NCBI GenBank assembly: GCA_963666835.2
Contig: CAXXGO010000006.1
Location: 1,920,001-1,984,000 of the forward strand
Origin: Phycisphaerae bacterium
GTDB lineage: Bacteria; Planctomycetota; Phycisphaerae; UBA1845
DNA length: 64,000 nucleotides
Reading direction: 5' to 3'
Both the position numbers and the translations under genes were made by a program. How positions within the stretch are numbered: the first letter of the stretch is position 1; every line of letters starts with the position of its first letter. A model generated the notes under the pieces. It ran no database searches and was not told the DNA's origin. It was given only the letters and a program-made list of their open reading frames with translations. Of this stretch, positions 28,579 to 36,659 are shown piece after piece.

Positions 28579-30684
28579 ATGTTGACCGGGCGGCCCTATC
28601 CGTTAGGGGCGGTTTGGGATGGCGAGGGCGTCAATTTCGCTCTCTTTTCCCAGCACGCTACGTCGGTAGAGCTGTGCCTCTTTGAGTCGCCGGCGGATTG
28701 TGCCGGGATTGCGCGGTATCGGCTACCCGCGCGGACGAACCACGTCTGGCACGGGTTTCTGCCCGGTGCGGGCCCGGGGCTGCTGTACGGCTATCGGGTC
28801 CACGGCCCTTACAGCCCTCACGAGGGGCACCGGTTCAATCCGAACAAGCTGTTAATCGACCCGTACGCTCGGGCGCTCAGCGGGAACGTGGGCTGGGATG
28901 ACGCCGTGCACGGTTATATCCGAGGCGATCCTAGCGCAGACCTGAGTTTTGATACTCGAGATAGCGCGGCATTGGTACCTAAGGGCATCGTTATAGATCC
29001 AGCCTTCGACTGGGACGACGATCGGGCGCCACGCACGGCGTTGTCGGACACCGTGATCTACGAGTGCCACGTGAAGGGGCTAACGGCTCGTCACCCGGAC
29101 ATCCCCGGTAACCAGCGCGGGACGTACCTAGCCGTGGCATCCGACCCGATCATCGCCCATCTGCAGGGGTTGGGGATTACTGCGGTCGAGCTGCTGCCGG
29201 TTCACCATGCCCTGGACGATTTACCCCTGGTCGAGCGTGGGCTGGTGAACTACTGGGGTTACAGCACGATAGGATTCTTCGCTCCGTATTCGCGATACGC
29301 CACGGGTTCGTTGGGGCAACAGGTGGTCGAATTCAAGTCGATGGTCAAAGGCCTTCACCGGGCGGGGATTGAGGTGATTCTGGATGTGGTCTACAACCAC
29401 ACCGGGGAGGGCGATCAGGCCGGACCGACCCTGTCATTCCGCGGAATCGACAATGCCGTTTACTACCGGATCCGGGCTCATGAACGGAGGTACTACGAGG
29501 ACTTCTCCGGTTGTGGAAATAGTCTCAGTGTAAGGCATCCGCGGGTACTCCAACTGGTCATGGACAGCCTGAGGTACTGGGTGGAGGAGATGCACGTCGA
29601 CGGATTCCGATTCGACCTGGCTACGACTCTTGGTCGCGGAGACATGGGCTTCGACCGTTGGGGGGCTTTCTTCGCCGCGGTTCAGCAGGATCCGGTTCTG
29701 ACCAACGTCAAGTTGATCGCGGAGCCCTGGGATGTCGGCGACGGCGGCTATCAGGTTGGTAACTTCCCGATCGGGTGGTCGGAATGGAGCGACAAGTATC
29801 GCTCGTCGATTCGGGCATTCTGGCGCGGAGACCATGTTTCGGTAGGCGAGATGAGTCGCCGGCTTACCGGGAGCAGCGATCTCTACGAGCTAAGCGGGCG
29901 AGGCCCGTGCGCCGGAGTTAACTACGTTGCGTGCCACGACGGGTACACCCTGCATGACCTTACGTGTTATGAGCAGAAGCACAACGAGGCTAACGGGGAG
30001 GGAAACCGAGACGGTGACAACCACAATCTGTCGTGCAATTGGGGGGTGGAAGGGCCGACGGACGACGAGGTGATCACGGCTTGTCGGGAGAAAGCGAGGC
30101 GTAACCTGCTGGGGACTCTTGCTTTTTCGCTGGGGGTACCGATGATCGCGGCCGGAGATGAGTTGGGCCGCACGCAGTATGGCAACAATAACGCCTACTG
30201 CCAAATTGGGGACGAGTTCGCCGTCAACTGGGCGTTGACCTCGTCTCAACAGGAGTTGCTGGGTTTCGTTCGAGAGGTTCTGGCCCTGCGTCGCGAGCTG
30301 TCCGTCCTGCGGCGCGGAACGCATCTTACCGGGCAGCCGGGGTGTGCCGCCGGATTGCCTGATGTGAAGTGGCTCCGAGCCGACGGTAACGAGTTTACCC
30401 TGCGCGAGTGGCACGACGGCAAACGACGTTTTCTGGGGATGCTGCTCCATGAGCATCCCGAAGGTAATTCAGATGGTGGTGGGGCTGATCGGGCGATCCA
30501 GACCATCTACGTGATCCTCAACGGCGATGAGCGTTCGCACCGTTGTCGGTTGCCGGCTATCCCGGAGCCGGGAAGGTGGGTTTGGCGAGTTGATACTGCC
30601 CTGACGCATGAGGTGGGCGAACCGATTGGTGGGAAGACCCTCGAGATTTCCGGGCAGTCTTTGATACTCTTGCAGTACAAGTAG
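28579..30684 (+). CDS. glgX: Glycogen debranching enzyme (isoamylase)
   Basis: GRPYPLGA, NYWGYS, DVVYNHT, DGFRFDLA, IAEPWD, CHDGYTL.DL; start could be slightly upstream. Confidence 0.95.
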   Translation: MLTGRPYPLGAVWDGEGVNFALFSQHATSVELCLFESPADCAGIARYRLPARTNHVWHGFLPGAGPGLLYGYRVHGPYSPHEGHRFNPNKLLIDPYARALSGNVGWDDAVHGYIRGDPSADLSFDTRDSAALVPKGIVIDPAFDWDDDRAPRTALSDTVIYECHVKGLTARHPDIPGNQRGTYLAVASDPIIAHLQGLGITAVELLPVHHALDDLPLVERGLVNYWGYSTIGFFAPYSRYATGSLGQQVVEFKSMVKGLHRAGIEVILDVVYNHTGEGDQAGPTLSFRGIDNAVYYRIRAHERRYYEDFSGCGNSLSVRHPRVLQLVMDSLRYWVEEMHVDGFRFDLATTLGRGDMGFDRWGAFFAAVQQDPVLTNVKLIAEPWDVGDGGYQVGNFPIGWSEWSDKYRSSIRAFWRGDHVSVGEMSRRLTGSSDLYELSGRGPCAGVNYVACHDGYTLHDLTCYEQKHNEANGEGNRDGDNHNLSCNWGVEGPTDDEVITACREKARRNLLGTLAFSLGVPMIAAGDELGRTQYGNNNAYCQIGDEFAVNWALTSSQQELLGFVREVLALRRELSVLRRGTHLTGQPGCAAGLPDVKWLRADGNEFTLREWHDGKRRFLGMLLHEHPEGNSDGGGADRAIQTIYVILNGDERSHRCRLPAIPEPGRWVWRVDTALTHEVGEPIGGKTLEISGQSLILLQYK

Positions 30685-30689
30685 GTTCC

Positions 30690-33224
30690 ATGAAAACGAC
30701 AACGAAGAAAACGGCAAAGACTCCCGCTGCCGACGAAACTGCGGGAAACACGGAAACAAACGAAACCGTTGCGACGAACGGTAAGAACGTCGCAAAGAGC
30801 GCGTCCCGCAAGAAGTCTGCCAAGACCGCCACCGCAAAGAAACCGGCGGCGGCGAAGAAGCCGCGCGCCGTGAGTAAGAAAAAGGCCGCTGCTACCACGG
30901 ACACGGACAAGGACAAGGACGCGGCGACGGCCACGGTTGTGGTCGCGTCGACGGTTGCGGAAGAGAACCCGAGTCCTCCCGCAACGAAACCCCCGCGCCG
31001 CCGGCCGGCTTCTAAGAAGTCGGCCAAGTCACCTATCCCGATCGATGCATCGGAATGGGCTCGGTTGCGGGCGATGGATCATCCGGAGCCTCATCGGATT
31101 CTGGGAGCACATCCTGCGCATTTCGGCACGAAGGACGGCGTGGTTCTGCGGGCCTTCCACCCCGAGGCCGTGGGGGTTGACTGCCTTCTGGATGGGGGAG
31201 AGGTCGTGCCACTGGAGGCGGTCGAGGATGGCGGGTTGTTCGGGGTATTCATCGAGGGTGCTCGGTTTCCGCTTGCTTACCGGCTGAGTTTCAGGTTCGG
31301 CGACGGCAACAGTTGGGAGCGGGGTGATCCGTATCGTTTTCTGCCGACGATCGGGGAGATGGACACGCATTTGTTCAACTCCGGAGACCACCGACGGGTC
31401 TGGGAGAAGTTGGGGGCGCACTACCGGCGGATAGACGGGGTCCCCGGCGTGGCTTTCGGCGTTTGGGCGCCGAGTGCGCGGCGGGTCTCCGTAACGGGAG
31501 ACTTTTGCGGCTGGGATGGGCGCCTGTTCCCTATGCGTCAGCTCGGTAGCTCGGGAGTGTTCGAGCTTTTCGTGCCCGATGTCAAACCCGGTGCGTTGTA
31601 CAAATACGAAATAAAGACGACCGAGGGGGCGTTGCGGCTCAAGAGTGACCCGTACGCACAGTCCATGGAGGGGCCGCCGGGGAACGCGTCGCGTGTGGTG
31701 GACTCGTCGTACGTCTGGAGTGATGACGTATGGATGGGCGAGCGTGGGAATCGCGATCCGCACCGAGAACCGTTTGCCGCGTGTGAGATCCACTTAGGGT
31801 CGTGGGCGCGGGTGCCTGAGGAAGGGAACCGCCCGCTGACGTATCGGGAACTTGCTCCCCGCCTTGTCGAGCACGCCAAGCGCTTCGGGTACACGCATTT
31901 GGAGCTGCTTCCGGTGGCGGAACATCCTTTGGGGGCGTCCTGGGGCTATCAGGTTACCGGGTATTACGCTCCGACCTGGCGGTACGGTACGCCGGACGAC
32001 TTTCGCTACTTCGTAGATGTGTGCCATCAAAACGGCATAGGGGTCATTCTCGACTGGGTGCCGGCCCACTTCCCGAAGGATGATTTTGCCTTGCGAAGGT
32101 TCGACGGCACGGCTCTGTACGAGCACGACGATCCGCGGCAGGGCGAGCATCCGGACTGGGGGACGCTGGTCTTCAATTACGACCGCAAGGAGGTCCGCAA
32201 CTTCCTGATTGCCAACGCCCTGTTCTGGCTGCAGGAGTATCACGTTGACGGGCTCCGCATTGATGCGGTGGCCTCGATGCTTTATCTCGATTACAGCCGC
32301 GAGGACGGCCAGTGGCTGCCCAACTTCTACGGCGGCAAAGAGAACATCGGAGCTCTGGAACTGCTGCGCTCGGTGAACGAGATCATCCGGATCGAGTGCC
32401 CCGGTTGTATCACTATCGCCGAAGAGTCGACATCGTGGTCCGGGGTGACCCGTGCGGCGGGTGAGTCCGGGTTGGGCTTTACGTTCAAGTGGAACATGGG
32501 GTGGATGCACGACACGCTGCTGTATTTCTCCAAGGAGCCGATCCACCGCCGATACCACCAGAACGATCTGACGTTCGCGATGCTCTATGAGCACACCGAG
32601 CACTTCATAAATGCCATTTCGCACGACGAGGTGGTTCACGGTAAGTGTTCCTTGTTGGAGAAGATGCCGGGAGACTCGTGGCAGAAGTTCGCCAACCTGC
32701 GGACGTTGCTGGCGTATCAGTATACTCGCCCGGGCAAGAAGTTGCTCTTTATGGGGACCGAGTTGGCTCCGCACAACGAGTGGTACTATGACGTAAGCCA
32801 GGACTGGCATCTGGCCGAGGACCCGATGCGCGTCGGGTTGGCGAAGTTCATGGAGGATCTCGGGCGACTCTACCTTGAAACGAAGTGTCTATGGCAAAAC
32901 GACTCGGACGCGGGTAGCTTTGCGTGGATTGACTGCAACGATTGCGAGAACTCGGTTGTGTCGTATCGGCGTCATTCCGGTGACGACCTGACGATTACCG
33001 TGCTGAACCTGACGCCGGTTCCGCGGGAGGGTTACCGTATCGGGGCGCCCCGCGCCGGGCGGTATACTTATTTGCTGTCTAGCGACGATCCGGCCTACGG
33101 TGGAAGTGGGTATCCTTTGCGCGTCGACCCGCAGACCGACGATTACGGCATGCACGGGTTTTCACAGTCGTTATACCTGAACCTGCCGCCGCTGGCGGCT
33201 ATCGTCCTTGCTCCGATACCATAG
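30690..33224 (+). CDS. glgB: 1,4-alpha-glucan branching enzyme with Lys/Ala/Thr-rich N-terminal extension
   Basis: VWAPSA, HLGSW, WGYQVTGYYAP, DWVPAHFP, DGLRIDAVASM, AEEST, SHDEVVHGK. Confidence 0.96.
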   Translation: MKTTTKKTAKTPAADETAGNTETNETVATNGKNVAKSASRKKSAKTATAKKPAAAKKPRAVSKKKAAATTDTDKDKDAATATVVVASTVAEENPSPPATKPPRRRPASKKSAKSPIPIDASEWARLRAMDHPEPHRILGAHPAHFGTKDGVVLRAFHPEAVGVDCLLDGGEVVPLEAVEDGGLFGVFIEGARFPLAYRLSFRFGDGNSWERGDPYRFLPTIGEMDTHLFNSGDHRRVWEKLGAHYRRIDGVPGVAFGVWAPSARRVSVTGDFCGWDGRLFPMRQLGSSGVFELFVPDVKPGALYKYEIKTTEGALRLKSDPYAQSMEGPPGNASRVVDSSYVWSDDVWMGERGNRDPHREPFAACEIHLGSWARVPEEGNRPLTYRELAPRLVEHAKRFGYTHLELLPVAEHPLGASWGYQVTGYYAPTWRYGTPDDFRYFVDVCHQNGIGVILDWVPAHFPKDDFALRRFDGTALYEHDDPRQGEHPDWGTLVFNYDRKEVRNFLIANALFWLQEYHVDGLRIDAVASMLYLDYSREDGQWLPNFYGGKENIGALELLRSVNEIIRIECPGCITIAEESTSWSGVTRAAGESGLGFTFKWNMGWMHDTLLYFSKEPIHRRYHQNDLTFAMLYEHTEHFINAISHDEVVHGKCSLLEKMPGDSWQKFANLRTLLAYQYTRPGKKLLFMGTELAPHNEWYYDVSQDWHLAEDPMRVGLAKFMEDLGRLYLETKCLWQNDSDAGSFAWIDCNDCENSVVSYRRHSGDDLTITVLNLTPVPREGYRIGAPRAGRYTYLLSSDDPAYGGSGYPLRVDPQTDDYGMHGFSQSLYLNLPPLAAIVLAPIP

Positions 33225-33225
33225 C

Positions 33226-35421
33226 ATGAACAGCCGACCGCAACTTCGCGCCTTGGCCGACCATGTGGGGATTCTGCCGGACTACTATGATATTTGCGGA
33301 GTCCGGCATTTCACGGATGATGACACTTATGTGTCATTATTGCAGACGCTATCTCTGGGCGCTTCCACGGAGGAATCCGCAGAGCGAACCCTGGCGGATC
33401 TGGAGCGCGTCGAGAGGCAGCGGCTGTTGCCACCGGTTCGGGTCTTGCGCCCGGAGTCGAAGCGGCGGCCCCGCGTTACCTTGAACGTGCCGAATCCGGG
33501 GGCGGGTTCGGCGGACTGGGAAATAGAGCTCATTGAAGAGAGCGGGGCGGTTCACCTGGTCCGAAGCCGTGGGATAGAGGACGGGGGCGTTATCGATGTT
33601 GAGCTGCCGGGTACCTTGCCGATCGGCTACCACACGCTTCGCGCGACGGTGGACCTGGCTACCGGCCCGGTCGAGGGTGAGCAGTCGTTCATTGTGACCC
33701 CCGCGAGTTGTACGTCGTACCGCGCCCACACCAACGGCCGGCGGGCGTACGGAGTGTGGACCAACGCTTATACGCTGCGCAGCGAGCGGAACTGGGGGGT
33801 CGGCGATCTGACGGACATTGCCGAGCTGGCGCGCGGGCTTGCCCGTTGCGGGGCTTTGTTCGTGGGCTTGAATCCGTTGCACGCCCTGCGCAATCGCGGT
33901 GACGAGGTCGGGCCCTATTGTCCGATTAGTCGGCTGTTTCGGAACTTCATCTACGTCGACGTCGAGGCGGTTCCGGAGTTGGCGGAATGCCCCGAAGCGC
34001 AAGCCAAGTGTTCGTCACCTGACTTTCGAGCGGAGCTGGCTCGGGCGCATTCGTCCGCGCGGGTCGAGTACGAACATGTTGCCACGATCAAGCGCGATGT
34101 GCTTCGGCTGCTGCACCGGTGGTTTGTCGAGCATCATGTCAACAGCGCGTCGCCGCGCGGGCAGGCGTTTGCCGAATACCAGGTTGCTCAGGGCAAACCG
34201 CTGGTCAACTTCGCCACGTTTCTGGCGATCGAGGACCGTTTCCTTGCCGACGGGCGCGGAGGATCGGGTTGGCGGGACTGGCCCGGGGAGTACCACGATC
34301 CGGACTCGCCCGCAGTGCAGGAATTCCGCAACGCTCATCGTGACGAGATCGAGTTTCACCAGTACGTGCAGTTCGAGCTGGATCGACAGCTCGCCGCTGC
34401 CGGCGACGGGGCACGTCAAGCCGGAATGTCCTTGGGGCTGTATCAGGATCTCGCCATCGGTGCGGCCGACAATGGCAGTGACGCGTGGTCCTTCCCGGGC
34501 TTGTTCGTAGAGGGTATCGAAGTGGGGGCTCCGCCCGATCCCTACAGCGATACGGGGCAAACGTGGGGGTTCCCGCCGGTGAATCCGCACCGACTGCGGG
34601 ACGGGGCGTACGATTACTGGATTCGCCTTCTGCGCAGTGCCACGGCCCACACGAAGATGCTGCGCATCGACCACGTCATGGGGCTCTTTCGGCAGTTCTG
34701 GGTACCGCGCGGTACGACGGCGGCGGACGGAGCGTACGTCAAGTTCCCCGCCGACGATCTGCTGGGTATTCTAGCTTTAGAAAGCCGGCGGAACGGCACC
34801 GTAGTGGTCGGAGAGGACCTCGGTACGGTCCCGCCGGAGGTTCCGCCCAAGCTCAAGGAGTATCATATCCTCTCGACGCGGGTGATGTACTTCGAACGCG
34901 ACCACGCAAACGAATACAGATCTTCGGATTCGTACTCGCCGCGAGCACTCGTGACGGCCACGAACCACGACCACCCGCCGCTGGCCGGGTTCCAGGCGGG
35001 GCGCGACCTTGACATCCGCCGCGAGATTGGCCTGATCGCGTCTGACGAAGAGCTGGAGAATGCCCGTGCGGAACGGGCGGAGTCCCTGGCCGCCCTCGCC
35101 CGGCGCCTGGTTCAGGAGGGCTTCCTGGCAGAGGACAAGCAGGATCGTCCGGAGCTGCTATGTGCGGCCGTGCATGCCTTCGTGGCGGCGACTCCATCAC
35201 CGCTGGTTGGCGTTTCGCTGGATGACCTGGCCGGCGAGACGGACCCGATTAACCTCCCGGGCGTGGTCCCGGCCGACTACCCGAGCTGGACGCGGCGGAT
35301 GCATCGGAACCTGGATGACGTATTGGCGGACCCGCAGGTGTGGCGGATTCTCGAAGACGTTCGCAAGCGGGTGTCCGCCAAGACGGTGCCACCGGGTCAG
35401 CACACCGGTGAAGACCGGTAG
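33226..35421 (+). CDS. malQ: 4-alpha-glucanotransferase (amylomaltase)
   Basis: WGVGDL, DLAIG, GAPPD, RIDHVMG, GEDLGTVP, HD, INLPG. Confidence 0.95.
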   Translation: MNSRPQLRALADHVGILPDYYDICGVRHFTDDDTYVSLLQTLSLGASTEESAERTLADLERVERQRLLPPVRVLRPESKRRPRVTLNVPNPGAGSADWEIELIEESGAVHLVRSRGIEDGGVIDVELPGTLPIGYHTLRATVDLATGPVEGEQSFIVTPASCTSYRAHTNGRRAYGVWTNAYTLRSERNWGVGDLTDIAELARGLARCGALFVGLNPLHALRNRGDEVGPYCPISRLFRNFIYVDVEAVPELAECPEAQAKCSSPDFRAELARAHSSARVEYEHVATIKRDVLRLLHRWFVEHHVNSASPRGQAFAEYQVAQGKPLVNFATFLAIEDRFLADGRGGSGWRDWPGEYHDPDSPAVQEFRNAHRDEIEFHQYVQFELDRQLAAAGDGARQAGMSLGLYQDLAIGAADNGSDAWSFPGLFVEGIEVGAPPDPYSDTGQTWGFPPVNPHRLRDGAYDYWIRLLRSATAHTKMLRIDHVMGLFRQFWVPRGTTAADGAYVKFPADDLLGILALESRRNGTVVVGEDLGTVPPEVPPKLKEYHILSTRVMYFERDHANEYRSSDSYSPRALVTATNHDHPPLAGFQAGRDLDIRREIGLIASDEELENARAERAESLAALARRLVQEGFLAEDKQDRPELLCAAVHAFVAATPSPLVGVSLDDLAGETDPINLPGVVPADYPSWTRRMHRNLDDVLADPQVWRILEDVRKRVSAKTVPPGQHTGEDR

Positions 35422-35643
35422 GGTGGCCCATGGCTTTAGCCGTGGGGGACAAGAACGCGACGCCGGTTTATCGGATAGGCCAACTTGTTGGCCCGTGAGG
35501 TGTCATTATATAGTCACTTGCGTGTCGAAGTTCGAATCATCGGGTCCCCCACCTCTAAAGAGGTGGGCCACCCCTCGGTAATGTCGCCTTGTTCTCGGAA
35601 GATGGTCGCCATCGCGGCAGGTCTCATGCCTCGACCGTGCCCT
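35418..35643. repeat. REP pair GTAGGGTGGCCCATGGCTTTAGCCGTGGG (~35418) with inverted relative (~35546-35573), plus REP A variant (35616-35643)
   Basis: Palindromes directly after the malQ stop. Confidence 0.6.
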
Positions 35644-35658
35644 GTGGGCATGCCGTAT

Positions 35659-35961
35659 CAGCCCGTCAGGGCGAAAGCTCTTCGAAGCCTGCGGCGTGAG
35701 CCACGGGAATGCGGGGGTTAGATAAGCAAAGCCCCGGTAGGGGCGGCACTCGATAAGGACGGCATTTGGTATGTCGCATACGTGTCAGCCGCAGGCGTTC
35801 GAGGAGGAGTATGCGGTGCTACTCGCGCGGCACGGGCTTGCGGACGGCGAGAGTTTCGTCAGTTTCAGTGCCGCCCCTGGCGGGGCTGGGTTGAATGGGG
35901 CGAACGAATCCCGCGGCTGACGCCGCGGGCTTCGAAGAGCTGTCGCCCCCTGGCGGGGGCT
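35659..35961 (+). mobile_element. Non-autonomous IS200/Y1-type element: inverted three-hairpin ends (family C) around a deleted transposase remnant
   Basis: ~92-bp ends 35659-35750 and 35867-35961 are inverted copies; inner ORF 35771-35920 reads MSHTCQPQAFEEEYAVLLARHG... Confidence 0.6.
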
Positions 35962-36013
35962 GGAGATGCGAAGTCGGGTGTTGGCGAAGCACCGGGTGAC
36001 GCGACGAGGTTGC

Positions 36014-36043
36014 GGCAGGTCTCGTGCCTCGACCGTGCCCTAC
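36014..36043. repeat. REP family A copy
   Basis: GGCAGGTCTCGTGCCTCGACCGTGCCCTAC. Confidence 0.8.
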
Positions 36044-36453
36044 GGGTTGGGAACCCGACTGCCTGTGTGCGTTCGTGTTCGCAGGATCCGGCATCGGGGT
36101 GACATTGTCAGGGCACATTGGGTCGGTGGCGTTATCGGGGGGGCGAGAGTGGTAGGCCGATAGGTGCGAGGTGACGGGGGTACTGCACTCACTCGGAGGT
36201 GCCGATACGGTGGCGTTCTTTTCCTACGGATGTCGATAATGGTCGCCCGGGAAGGGCGAAAACGCGGTTTATTGGGTAATATGCCCGATTTCTCGGGGTT
36301 TATCCTCGCGATACGCGGGTGACTGGACGATAGAAGAAGCAGCGGACCGATGTGCCGAACTCCCGTGCGGTGGTCCCGAGGGTAACCTCAGCTTGGATAG
36401 CCGCACGTTCTTGATAGTCGTGCAATACGACGCTCTTTTGGGAGGTAGGTGCG

Positions 36454-36531
36454 ATGCATATTTGGTTTTCCAAGTTCTTCGACTTTCTCGAAGGTCTCGT
36501 GCCCCTGATCAAAATCGGCATGGAAGGATAG
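36454..36531 (+). CDS. Putative 25-aa amphipathic small protein MHIWFSKFFDFLEGLVPLIKIGMEG
   Basis: GGGAGGT SD ahead of ATG; below ORF-track cutoff. Confidence 0.45.
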   Translation: MHIWFSKFFDFLEGLVPLIKIGMEG

Positions 36532-36542
36532 GAGAAGCGACG

Positions 36543-36659
36543 ATGGCGGTTTCTCCATTGTCAGCGGCGGAGGATCGGGCTATTCGATGGGTGGTGCGGC
36601 TCATCCCGGCCGTATCCGTCACGATCATCCTGCTCCTCGGGGCGGCTACGATCGCCTAG
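36543..36659 (+). CDS. Putative 38-aa single-TM small protein MAVSPLSAAEDRAIRWVVRLIPAVSVTIILLLGAATIA
   Basis: AGGAG SD overlapping the previous stop; hydrophobic C-terminal helix. Confidence 0.45.
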   Translation: MAVSPLSAAEDRAIRWVVRLIPAVSVTIILLLGAATIA

